NCBI GenBank assembly: GCA_005882255.1
Contig: VBEZ01000124.1
Coordinates: 1,126 to 65,125, forward strand
DNA length: 64,000 bases
From: Chloroflexota bacterium
GTDB taxonomy: Bacteria > Chloroflexota > Limnocylindria > P2-11E
Direction: 5' to 3'
Shown here: positions 53,261 to 64,000 of the stretch, piece by piece
Position numbering within the stretch: the first letter of the stretch is position 1
Layout of the letters: each line of letters starts with the position of its first letter
Program-made: the position numbers and the translations under genes
Notes under the pieces: model-generated
Databases searched by the model: none
What the model saw: the letters and a program-made list of their open reading frames with translations, nothing else
What the model was told of the DNA's origin: nothing

Positions 53261-54325
53261 GTGCGTCGTGACACGCGCTCGCCGGGCGGCGAGCATCCCA
53301 CCCTCCTCGATGTCGGCGCTGCGCAGGCCGCGCTCCCCCGCGATCTCATTCCGATGCGACCGCGCCTCGCGGCGAGCGCGTTCAACTCGCCTGACCACCT
53401 CTTCGAGCTGAAATGGGACGGCATCCGCGCCCTCGCGTCCATGGACGGCGGACGCCTGCGTCTGGTCGACCGCGGAGGCGGCGACCTGGTGGCGCTCGTG
53501 CCCGAGCTCGCGGAAATGCCGGTGCCCGAGGGCGCCGTCCTCGACGGCGAGATCGTCGTGTGCGATTCCCGCGGTCGTCCGAGCTACGACCTGCTGAGTG
53601 GGCGGCTGGGCCCCAAGGCCGCCAAACGCGGTCGCGGGCCGGTCTTCGTCGCGTTCGACCTGCTGTATGAGGACCGCAGGCCCTTGCTGGCGCGGCCCCT
53701 CGAGGAGCGCCGGCGCCGACTGACCGCGCTCGGCATCCGCAGCCGCTCGGTCGCGGTGCCCGAGCACCTCGCCGAGGACGGTGAACCGTTCCTCGACGTC
53801 GTCGCCGAGTACGGACTCGAAGGGATCGTCGCCAAGCGCCGCGACAGCCCCTACATCCCGGGGACACGCAGTGGTGACTGGCTCAAGTGCCATGTCACAC
53901 CGCGCGCGGACGTCGTGCTGGGAGCTCTCGTCGAGGATGAGCGGCGCGGTGCGGTCCGCGCGCTCTGTGGGATGTTCACCGGCGACATCCTCGCGTTCGT
54001 GGGCGAGGCGTATGTGCCGCCGTATCTCGGCCGCTGGCTCGACGAAGCGACGCGCGACTTCACCGCGGACGTGTCGCCCTTCGCGACGCCCCTGCCACTA
54101 CGAACGGGCATGCGTTGGCTGCGGCCACGCATCGTCGCGATCGTCGAGCACGCCGGCGAGATCGGTGAGCTGCGCGACGCCCGCTTCCGTGCACTTCGGT
54201 TCGATGGGCGGCTGGACGATTGCCGCGCTGAGGAGCCGATCGAGATGGAGTCCGCGCCGCCGCGCGCCGGGAACGAGCGTCCGCGTCTTATGGTGCTTCA
54301 TTCATTGCCATTCGGACCGGAGTGA
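53261..54325 (+). CDS. ATP-dependent DNA ligase, ligase-domain only (LigC-type)
   Basis: Motif I FELKWDGIR, motif III DGEIVV, motif IIIa FVAFDLL, motif IV EGIVAKR. No PE or Pol domains. The start is uncertain (GTG at 53261). Confidence 0.85.
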   Translation: MRRDTRSPGGEHPTLLDVGAAQAALPRDLIPMRPRLAASAFNSPDHLFELKWDGIRALASMDGGRLRLVDRGGGDLVALVPELAEMPVPEGAVLDGEIVVCDSRGRPSYDLLSGRLGPKAAKRGRGPVFVAFDLLYEDRRPLLARPLEERRRRLTALGIRSRSVAVPEHLAEDGEPFLDVVAEYGLEGIVAKRRDSPYIPGTRSGDWLKCHVTPRADVVLGALVEDERRGAVRALCGMFTGDILAFVGEAYVPPYLGRWLDEATRDFTADVSPFATPLPLRTGMRWLRPRIVAIVEHAGEIGELRDARFRALRFDGRLDDCRAEEPIEMESAPPRAGNERPRLMVLHSLPFGPE

Positions 54326-54344
54326 CTCCGTCCGTTACCATTAG

Positions 54345-56636
<2,292 letters not shown>

Positions 56637-56655
<19 letters not shown>

Positions 56656-56705
56656 AACAGGCCGCAACGAAGCGCTAAAACAGGCCGCGACGAAGCGCTG
56701 AGATC
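56637..56705 (+). repeat. 3 x 23-nt tandem repeat containing the tal stop codon
   Basis: GGCCGCGACGAAGCGCTGAAACA / GGCCGCAACGAAGCGCTAAAACA / GGCCGCGACGAAGCGCTGAGATC, at 56637..56659, 56660..56682 and 56683..56705. Confidence 0.9.
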
Positions 56706-56773
56706 GACCAGTACTTCCGGCTTCGCGATCTGCTAGCGGTCCGACACCGAAGCGTGCGGGGCCCATCCGTAGA

Positions 56774-57595
56774 GTGGCGCGCCACATGGCAACGAAACGC
56801 TGGGACTTCCGCGACGAGGATCTCCGCCGTTACTCGGTCGAAATCGAACATCGGGTCCTGTCCGGCGACCGCAGGATCATCGTCAACGGACGCGAGGTCT
56901 TCCACGGCGGCAAGTTCTTCGACACCGCAGGCGACCACGCCTTCGACATCGATGGGCACAGCGCGCGTGTGCGCATCGGCAGCAACGGATTCGGCTACAC
57001 CTACAACCTCGTCGTCGACGGCCTCGCCATCCCGCCGGAGGGCGCGACGATCCCGCGTCCGCCGAGGTCGGCGGTGGTCGACGTGGCGCCAGCGGCCGCG
57101 TCCGACCGCGCGCCAGCGGAGCAGCCCGTTCTCGCCGCGCTCGCGGGCGGGCCGGACCAAACGGCCCTCAAACGCGTCGCGCTCGTGCGACGCGTGCGGA
57201 GCGGTGGCCGCTGGTTCTACTGGATCGCGGGATTCTCCGCCGTCAACTTCGTCTTCTTCTTCATGGGGAGCAGCACGGGCTTCGCGCTGGGCACCGCGAT
57301 CGGCTGGATCCTCCAGGGGATCCTCGAAGATGTCGCCGGCCCGTCCTTGGCTTGGACGGCGCACGTCGCCGTCATCGCGTTCTTCGCGTTCCTCGGCGTT
57401 CGCGCGACGGCCGGAGCGCAGTGGGCGTTCGTCCTCGGCGGTCTCGTCTACACGATCGACGGTCTGATCCTGCTGCTGGTCGGCGACTGGATCGGGATCG
57501 TCGTCCATGCCATCGCTCTGTTCGCGATCGTGAGCGCGATCATCAGCCTTCGCCAGCTACGCTCCACGCCGGTGACGTCGCTCTCACCCTCGTGA
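56774..57595 (+). CDS. membrane protein, unknown function
   Basis: 273-aa ORF (alternative ATG at 56786). Soluble ~100-aa N-terminal domain, then four hydrophobic helices. Confidence 0.6.
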   Translation: MARHMATKRWDFRDEDLRRYSVEIEHRVLSGDRRIIVNGREVFHGGKFFDTAGDHAFDIDGHSARVRIGSNGFGYTYNLVVDGLAIPPEGATIPRPPRSAVVDVAPAAASDRAPAEQPVLAALAGGPDQTALKRVALVRRVRSGGRWFYWIAGFSAVNFVFFFMGSSTGFALGTAIGWILQGILEDVAGPSLAWTAHVAVIAFFAFLGVRATAGAQWAFVLGGLVYTIDGLILLLVGDWIGIVVHAIALFAIVSAIISLRQLRSTPVTSLSPS

Positions 57596-57605
57596 CCGCG
57601 GCGCG

Positions 57606-58685
57606 CTAACCGCGGCGCGGCGCCTCCGTCAGTAGCAGATCGCGCAGGTCCGCCCCCGCGACGCCGCACAGATCGAGAACGCAGAGCAGGAGCGCGGCCT
57701 CGTCCGAATCGGCGCGCCCGGTCTTGATCGAGATGTCGGTGGCGTAGAGCGTTTCATACGCACGCGCGATGTCCGAGCGGCTGAGGCCGCGCGCGTGCTG
57801 CACGTAGCGAAGGATCGCGCCCGGGGAAGATCGGATGGCCTTCGCCTGGCGCTCCGCGTCGGCACCGGATGGCGCCGTGGAGGCGAAAAGCAGCACGCGG
57901 AACTGCCAGAGGAGCAACGCGAGGATCTGCTGCGGAGCGTTCCCTTCGGCGAGCAGGCGCTCGAGGAGCGGAACCGCCTCACGATGATTTCGTCGAACGA
58001 CCGCTTTGGTGAGCTCGAAGATGTCCGACTCGATCGCGCCGCTCACGAGCGCGCGCACATCCGCGGCGCTCACCGGCGCGCCACTCGCGTACGCGCCGAG
58101 CTTCTGCACCTCGTTCTCGATGCGCTCGGTATCCGGACCGAGCGCGAACGCCAGCGCGTCCATCGCGTCCGGCCGGAACGTGACCTGATGCAGCCGCGCG
58201 CGGGCGCCGATCCAGCCCTTCACCTCGAACGGCAGCAGGCGTTCGATCCGCTGCGCGCGGCCACCGATGTCCTGTACCGCGTCCGGCAGCGCCAGCTCCG
58301 CCGTGACGCCGATCTTCGCTTTACCGCGCGTCCGGCCGCGACCGGCGCGAAGCGCCTCGACGGCGACGAGAACGAGCGCGGACTCGCCGGGGAATGACGC
58401 GAGGAACTCAGCGCCGGTGAGCGCCTCGGCGTGCTCCACGAGCACCACCTGACGCTCGTCCACCGCCGCGAAGAGGCCCTGCGACTGACCGGCCATGGTG
58501 ATGGCATCCACCGGATCCGAGCGCGCATCGATCCGCGTCAGCCCGAGCGCACCACCGAGCTGCGGCGACCGCCGCTGCGAGAGATCGCCCGGCTCGCCGG
58601 TCCCCCCGGCGAGCAGCGATTCGACGAGCTCACCGACGCGCAGGCGCGTACGGAACGGATCCTCGCCGTGGAGGAGGAAGACCAT
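57606..58685 (-). CDS. holA: DNA polymerase III subunit delta
   Basis: MVFLLHGEDPF at the N-terminus. Consistent length, and the position directly after comEC is consistent with holA. The start at 58685 overlaps the comEC end by 56 nt, and other in-frame starts exist up to 58742. Confidence 0.75.
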   Translation of the reverse strand: MVFLLHGEDPFRTRLRVGELVESLLAGGTGEPGDLSQRRSPQLGGALGLTRIDARSDPVDAITMAGQSQGLFAAVDERQVVLVEHAEALTGAEFLASFPGESALVLVAVEALRAGRGRTRGKAKIGVTAELALPDAVQDIGGRAQRIERLLPFEVKGWIGARARLHQVTFRPDAMDALAFALGPDTERIENEVQKLGAYASGAPVSAADVRALVSGAIESDIFELTKAVVRRNHREAVPLLERLLAEGNAPQQILALLLWQFRVLLFASTAPSGADAERQAKAIRSSPGAILRYVQHARGLSRSDIARAYETLYATDISIKTGRADSDEAALLLCVLDLCGVAGADLRDLLLTEAPRRG

Positions 58686-60693
58686 TCGCGTGGGCGCGGA
58701 CCACGAGGCCTGGGCCATCGAGCGTGACCTCCACTGTCCCATCGCGATCGGTCCGGAACGTCGTGATACCGCTCAGGGCCGCGAGCGTTTCCGGCGTGGG
58801 ATGACCATACCGGTTCCCGGCCCCGACCGAGATGAGTGCGACCTCCGGGCGCACCGCGTCGACGAGCGCGACTCCATGGGGTGTCGCGGCGCCATGGTGC
58901 GGCGGCACGTAGACCCGCGAATGCATTCCCTCGGGATGCAGTAGCAGGTCCGCGAGAGCCTCATCGGTCGCATCGCCCATGAACAGCGCGGAGAAACGGC
59001 CGCTTTCGATCCGGAGGATGAGCGAGGGCGTATCGACGCGGGGATCGGCCTCGGGTGAGAGCACGCTGATCACCGCAACACCGACGTGGAGCCGCTGCCC
59101 GGCGCGTACCGCGCGTCGCTCGGCGTGCGCGCGCGCGATGCCATCCGCCCAGAGATCGGCCAGCGGACCGGGGTTCAGCCCGACCGGCTCCAATGTCATC
59201 CCGACCTCATAGCGATCGAGCGCCGCGATGAGACCAGCGCCGTGATCGACGTGCGCGTGTGTCAAAGCGACCACGTCGATGCGGCGTCGCCAGGGCGGAA
59301 GGCTCGCGCCGAGCTCCTCCATAAGACGCGCGGGGTCGGGACCGCCGTCGATGAGCAGCGTCGCGCCGCCGACCTCCACCAGATACGCATCGCCCTGACC
59401 GACGTCGAGCGCGCGCACGCGCACGTCCGGATCCGCGCTCGGCCAGGCGAGGACGCCCGCGACGACGAGCAGGGGCACCGCGAATAGCGCCGCGTGTGGC
59501 CTGGCGACGCCTGGCAGGGCGATCCGGGGGACAGGCAGATGACTCGGGACACGCAGGTGACGAGAGACGAGCGGCGCGCCGCGGACCGCCGCGACCAGCG
59601 CCAGCCCAACGACCGCGCCCGTCAGCGGACCGGAGGGCACGCTGACCGCCGCGACCGGCAGTCCCGCGAAAGACTCGACGACAACGCGTAGCGCCAGGGC
59701 GCATCCGTACGCGACCAGCGCCACGGGCTGCGCGAGATCGAGCGACAACGCGCCGACGACGCTCGTCAGCGCGCCCGCGAGCATCAGCGGCGGGAAGAGC
59801 GGCACGGCGACGAGATTCGCGACCGGCGAGATAAGCGACACGCGGCCGAACGCTGCCGCGACGACCGGCAACGTCGGCGCGCTGGCCGCAAGCGTCGTCG
59901 CGAGACCCTCACCAAGCGCGCCCGGCAAACGCGCGAATCGCGCGGCGAGCGGCGCCTGCCACAGCACCAGACCCGCCGTCGCGGTGGCGGAGAGCAGGAA
60001 GCCGAGGTCTCCGATCGCGGCAGGGTCCGCGAACAGCATCGCGGTGACCGCGACACAGAGCGCGTTCGCGGTGGCCGCGCGCCGCCCCGAGGCGAGGCCG
60101 CACGACGCGACCGATGCCATGACCGCGGCGCGCATCACGCTGGGGGCGAGCCCCACGAGCAGGCTGTAGGACACGATCGCGGCGACCGTCGCGACGGCCC
60201 GCACCGCCGGACGTGCGCGGCCGCGCAGTGCGAGCGCGACGGCGGTGCCGACGAGCGTCATGTTGAAGCCGGAGATCGCGAGGAGGTGCGTGGTGCCGCT
60301 CACCGCGAACGCGTACGCGAGATCCGCCGACACGCTGGCGCGTTCGCCGAGCACGATCCCGAGCAGGATGCCGCTCTCGGGCTCAGGCACGAGCATGCGG
60401 AGCGGACGCGCAAGGTCCACGCGCAGTCCGTCCAGGGGTACGAGCTGCGCGAGATCGACGCCCGGCACGGGACCGAGCACGAGGCGCAGCGCGACACCGA
60501 CCGCGGACGCGCAGGCGCAGGCCCAGAGCGCTCGGCGAGGACGATCGGCGCTCGCGAGCGCGAACGCCGCACACGCGATCGCGCTGACAGCGCCGAGCAC
60601 GAGCGCGAGTGGTGGCGATCCACGTGCTGTCAGCGCGACGCACGTCGCGACGAGCGCGGCGGGCAGGAGCGGCGCGACCAAAAGGATGCTCAC
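58630..60693 (-). CDS. comEC: ComEC/Rec2 DNA internalisation channel with a C-terminal metallo-beta-lactamase domain
   Basis: Polytopic competence domain, then MBL motifs DVGQGDAYLV, LTHAHVDHGAGL and PHHG. Confidence 0.9.
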   Translation of the reverse strand: MSILLVAPLLPAALVATCVALTARGSPPLALVLGAVSAIACAAFALASADRPRRALWACACASAVGVALRLVLGPVPGVDLAQLVPLDGLRVDLARPLRMLVPEPESGILLGIVLGERASVSADLAYAFAVSGTTHLLAISGFNMTLVGTAVALALRGRARPAVRAVATVAAIVSYSLLVGLAPSVMRAAVMASVASCGLASGRRAATANALCVAVTAMLFADPAAIGDLGFLLSATATAGLVLWQAPLAARFARLPGALGEGLATTLAASAPTLPVVAAAFGRVSLISPVANLVAVPLFPPLMLAGALTSVVGALSLDLAQPVALVAYGCALALRVVVESFAGLPVAAVSVPSGPLTGAVVGLALVAAVRGAPLVSRHLRVPSHLPVPRIALPGVARPHAALFAVPLLVVAGVLAWPSADPDVRVRALDVGQGDAYLVEVGGATLLIDGGPDPARLMEELGASLPPWRRRIDVVALTHAHVDHGAGLIAALDRYEVGMTLEPVGLNPGPLADLWADGIARAHAERRAVRAGQRLHVGVAVISVLSPEADPRVDTPSLILRIESGRFSALFMGDATDEALADLLLHPEGMHSRVYVPPHHGAATPHGVALVDAVRPEVALISVGAGNRYGHPTPETLAALSGITTFRTDRDGTVEVTLDGPGLVVRAHANGLPPPRRGSVPYAPARR

Positions 60694-60702
60694 GGCGGTG
60701 CG

Positions 60703-61293
60703 CTAGCGGGTGGTGACGAGGTCGCGGATGTCCGAAAGCACGCGGGCGGTCACGAGCCCGCGGGTCTGCAGCTCCTCGACTTTGGCGAAGGCCTTCAGCT
60801 CGCGCGCGCGGACGATCCGCGCGGCGGTGCTCGGACCGATGCCGGGTAGCGATTCGAGCTCCGCGGCGGTGGCCTGGTTGATGTCGACCTTGCGTTCCGA
60901 TTCACTGCCGGCGCTTCCCGCGGGCGGCGTCTCGCCATAGCGGGGGACGTACACGCGCGCCCCATCACGGAGCGTCGCCGCCTTGTTCAGAGCGGCGGGG
61001 TCGGCGTCCGGGGTGGTACCGCCGACCGCCGCTAGCGCATCGGCGACCCGCGCGCCGGAGGCGAGTCTGACGACGCCGGGACGCGCGACCGCTCCCTCGA
61101 CGTCGACCACGATGAGCGGCGGCGGTGTTGGCTCGGGCGTGGCCTCGACGACCTCGACGGGTACGGGAGGGGGCGTCCGCGCGCGCACGACCATGGCGAG
61201 CGCGCCGGCGGCCACGGCGACGATGACGGCGACGACGATGGGTCGAGGCATGACCGGAGCGTGGCCAAGTCGCGGCGTCGTGGGAAGCCCCAA
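60703..61293 (-). CDS. comEA: ComEA-like DNA-binding protein (SLBB plus helix-hairpin-helix)
   Basis: Signal anchor. Motifs VDVEGAVARPGVVRL and VDINQATAAELESLPGIGPSTAARIV. Confidence 0.85.
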   Translation of the reverse strand: MGLPTTPRLGHAPVMPRPIVVAVIVAVAAGALAMVVRARTPPPVPVEVVEATPEPTPPPLIVVDVEGAVARPGVVRLASGARVADALAAVGGTTPDADPAALNKAATLRDGARVYVPRYGETPPAGSAGSESERKVDINQATAAELESLPGIGPSTAARIVRARELKAFAKVEELQTRGLVTARVLSDIRDLVTTR

Positions 61294-61357
61294 AGGGCCT
61301 CTTGGCCGTCACACGTTCGTGTGACGCAGGGCCCAAAGATGTGGGACCACGTTTCGT

Positions 61358-61765
61358 CTAATTCGCGCGGCGGCGCTCTCCGGGCGGCTGCATCTGCACG
61401 ATCGACACGGGGAGACTGCCGACGGCCTCGCCGTCGACGGTGAGCTCGAACCGGTGCATCCCGTAGGTCGTGAAGCTCATGTTGTTGAGCTCGACGATGA
61501 CGTTCACATCCTGTCCGGCGACGGCATGCACGCTTATCTCCGGCGGGTTCGGCATCGATTGCTGGCCATCCGGCCGCAGGAGACGAACGACGACGTTGTG
61601 GGCGCCGACCTCGAGGCCCAGGATCGCTACGAGGAACATCCGCGGGTGCTGCGCAGGCAGCCCGCTCACGCTGATGTTCCGGAAGATCCCCATCAGGCTG
61701 ACCTTGCCGTCCTGACCGACGAGCGCGTGATCGCAGAGCGCGCCGAGCCTGATCTCCCCGCTCAT
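61358..61765 (-). CDS. hypothetical protein (135 aa), translationally coupled to leuS
   Basis: The ATG at 61765 forms an ATGA overlap with the leuS stop. Beta-rich sequence with no recognised motif. The rest of ORF 61358..62029 lies out of frame inside leuS. Confidence 0.55.
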   Translation of the reverse strand: MSGEIRLGALCDHALVGQDGKVSLMGIFRNISVSGLPAQHPRMFLVAILGLEVGAHNVVVRLLRPDGQQSMPNPPEISVHAVAGQDVNVIVELNNMSFTTYGMHRFELTVDGEAVGSLPVSIVQMQPPGERRRAN

Positions 61766-64000
61766 TTGGTCACGATACTCACAATGCGATCCGCGACGAC
61801 GATCACCTTCGCCGGCTTCGTGCCGTCCAGGGTCGCCTGCACCTTCGGACTCGCAAGCGCCCTCAGCTGTACCTCCGCGTCCGGGAGGCCCGCCGGCATC
61901 GGGATGCGATCGCGGACCTTGCCGTCCACCTGAACGACGATCGTGACCTCGCGCGGCGCGGCGACGGCCTCGTCGTACGCGGGCCAGCGCTGTTGATGGA
62001 TCGACCCGACGCCGCCCCGGCGGCGCCACAGCTCTTCCGTGATGTGCGGCGCGAACGGCGCCAGCAGCAGGATCAGTGTGGCGACGCCCTCGCTCCGGCT
62101 GATGCCGCCGGCGCGCTGGAGCGTATTCGCCAGCTCCATCATCGCCGCCACGGCCGTGTTGAAGTGATAGTCACCCAGGTCTTGGGTGACCTTCTTGATC
62201 GTCCGATGCACCGCGCCGTCGACGTCGCTATCCCGCGTGCGCGCGGGCTCGGGCTCGGTCAGGCCCAGCTCCCATACCCGCCACAGGAAGCGATGCACGC
62301 CCTCGATCCCGGACGCGTTCCAGTCCGCGCCGTCGACCCACGGGCCCATGAACATCATGAACAGCCGCAGCGTGTCGGCCCCATACCGCCGCACGTATTC
62401 GTCGGGGGTCTGGACGTTGCCGCGCGACTTCGACATCTTGCGGCCCTTGAAGACGATGGTCCCCTGGTACCGGAAGCGGATCACCGGCTCGTCGAAGGGC
62501 AGTTCTCCCAGATCGCGAAGGGCTTTGGTCATGAAGCGCATGTACAGCAGGTGCAGGATCGCGTGCTCGACGCCGCCGGTGTACTGCTTCACCGGCAGCC
62601 ATTTCCGGCCGACCGCCTTGTTCATGAACGCCGTGTCGATCTTCGGATCGACGTAGCGGTACATGTACCAGGACGAGTCGACGAACGTGTCCATCGTGTC
62701 GGTGTCGCGGCGCGCCGGCTTCCCGCATTTCGGGCACGTCGTGTTGACGAACGACGCGACGCGCGCCAGCGGTGAGCCGCCGCGTCCGGTGATCTCCACG
62801 TCGCGCGGCAGCTCGACGGGCAGCTGGTCGTACGGCACGGGAACGGCGCCGTCGGTTTCGCAGTACACGATCGGGATCGGCGTACCCCAGTAGCGCTGTC
62901 GCGAGACCAGCCAGTCGCGTAGGCGATATATGACCGACGGCTTGCCGATGCCGCGCTTTCGCGCTTCCTCGGCGACAGTCTGCTTCCCCACCTCGCTGCG
63001 CGTCCCGGTGAACGGGCCGCTGCGCACCATCGCGCCCTCGCCGACGTACGGCTCGTCCAACCGCGCGTGCTCCGTGCCGTCGGGCGAGACGACCTCGCGG
63101 ATCTCCAGCCCATATTTCTTCGCGAACGCGAAGTCCCGCTCGTCGTGCCCCGGGACGGCCATGATCGCGCCGGTCCCGTAGGTGGACAGCACGTAGTCGG
63201 CGACGTGGATCGGTATCCGCTCGCCGGTGAACACGTTGCGCGCGAACGCGCCGGTATCGACGCCGGTCTTCTCGCGCTCGGCCGAGGTCCGCTCGATCTC
63301 GGCCATGTTGCGCGCGTGTTCGACGTAACCCTCCACCTCCGTCCGTTTCGCGGGCGCGGTGATCTTCTCGACCAGCGGATGTTCCGGCGCCAGGACCATG
63401 AACGTGGCGCCGAAGATCGTGTCGGGGCGCGTCGTGAAGAAGCGGATCTCCTCACCGGAATGGCCCTCGACCGGGAACGCGATCTCCGCGCCCTCGGACC
63501 GGCCGATCCAGTTCGTCTGCAGCACGCGCACGCGCTCTGGCCAGTCCAGGCCATCGAACTTCAGCAGCTCGTCCGCATATTTCGTGATCCGGTAGAACCA
63601 CTGCGTCATCTGTCGCTTCACGACGAGGGTGTCGCAGCGCTCGCAGTGGCCGTTGATGACCTGCTCGTTGGCCAGGACCGTCTCGTCGCGAGGGCACCAG
63701 TTCACGGCCGCCTCGCCGCGGTAGGCCAGGCCCTTCTCGTACAGCTTCAGGAACATCCATTGGTTCCAGCGGTAGTACTCGGGGTAGCACGTGACGACCT
63801 CGCGCCGCCAGTCGATCGCGGTACCCATGCGGCGGAACTGGTCGCGCATGTGGGCCATGTTCTTTTCCGTCCAGACCGCCGGATGGATCTTGCGATCGAT
63901 GGCCGCGTTCTCGGCGTTGATCCCGAAGGCGTCGAAGCCCATCGGGAACAGCACGTTGTGGCCACGCATGCGCATGAAGCGCGCGGCGGCGTCGGGTGGC
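61762..64000 (-). CDS. leuS: leucine--tRNA ligase, N-terminus beyond the window edge
   Basis: The frame remains open to nt 64000. Motifs GHNVLFPMGFDAFG, the CP1 editing region, and KMSKSRGN. Confidence 0.95.
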   Translation of the reverse strand, partial: PPDAAARFMRMRGHNVLFPMGFDAFGINAENAAIDRKIHPAVWTEKNMAHMRDQFRRMGTAIDWRREVVTCYPEYYRWNQWMFLKLYEKGLAYRGEAAVNWCPRDETVLANEQVINGHCERCDTLVVKRQMTQWFYRITKYADELLKFDGLDWPERVRVLQTNWIGRSEGAEIAFPVEGHSGEEIRFFTTRPDTIFGATFMVLAPEHPLVEKITAPAKRTEVEGYVEHARNMAEIERTSAEREKTGVDTGAFARNVFTGERIPIHVADYVLSTYGTGAIMAVPGHDERDFAFAKKYGLEIREVVSPDGTEHARLDEPYVGEGAMVRSGPFTGTRSEVGKQTVAEEARKRGIGKPSVIYRLRDWLVSRQRYWGTPIPIVYCETDGAVPVPYDQLPVELPRDVEITGRGGSPLARVASFVNTTCPKCGKPARRDTDTMDTFVDSSWYMYRYVDPKIDTAFMNKAVGRKWLPVKQYTGGVEHAILHLLYMRFMTKALRDLGELPFDEPVIRFRYQGTIVFKGRKMSKSRGNVQTPDEYVRRYGADTLRLFMMFMGPWVDGADWNASGIEGVHRFLWRVWELGLTEPEPARTRDSDVDGAVHRTIKKVTQDLGDYHFNTAVAAMMELANTLQRAGGISRSEGVATLILLLAPFAPHITEELWRRRGGVGSIHQQRWPAYDEAVAAPREVTIVVQVDGKVRDRIPMPAGLPDAEVQLRALASPKVQATLDGTKPAKVIVVADRIVSIVTK

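Overview
GC-rich bacterial chromosomal segment (third codon positions are almost all G/C, and GTG/TTG starts and 1-4 nt start/stop overlaps are frequent). I call about 70 protein genes and one tRNA-Ala(CGC). I saw no rRNA, CRISPR array, transposase, integrase or phage genes. The synteny (leuS-comEA-comEC-holA and obg-nadD-rsfS) suggests an Actinomycetota/Chloroflexota-like organism; this is inference only.

Content from left to right:
- Two SpoIID/LytB paralogs in inverted orientation bracket about 7.5 kb of envelope genes. These include a 1120-aa secreted Asp-box protein and a lipoprotein plus polytopic membrane protein pair.
- A PD40 beta-propeller::M23 peptidase fusion, followed by amidase and HD-domain genes.
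- A six-gene same-strand cluster: sortase-like, RlpA-like, KGG-repeat stress protein, an unknown, a zinc ribbon, and a membrane LuxR.
- An M24 peptidase and a nuo cluster.
- A LysM-M23 peptidase and a radical-SAM-like gene joined to obg-nadD-rsfS.
- tRNA-Ala, followed by an accessory block: ECF sigma with a membrane partner, MFS, oxidoreductases, YceI, MarR, YCII, and an HNH-like gene.
- An aldehyde dehydrogenase and a two-component system.
- An NHEJ locus: LigD, Ku and a second ligase.
- pyrG, tal, holA, comEC, comEA and leuS.

I found no single obvious self-contained novel system. The observations most worth follow-up are:
1. A sortase-fold protein whose nucleophile Cys is replaced by Ser. 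It heads a cluster of envelope and dormancy-type genes.
2. A tightly packed nuo operon that keeps only the cofactor-free subunits (A, C, H, J, K, L, M, N).
3. pyrG interrupted by an out-of-frame internal deletion.
4. A radical-SAM-fold protein with no CX3CX2C motif, abutting obg.
5. Perfect palindromes upstream of two peptidoglycan-hydrolase genes.
6. A 19-bp perfect hairpin that sequesters the 5' end of tRNA-Ala.

All family assignments come from motif recognition by eye. No database search was run.
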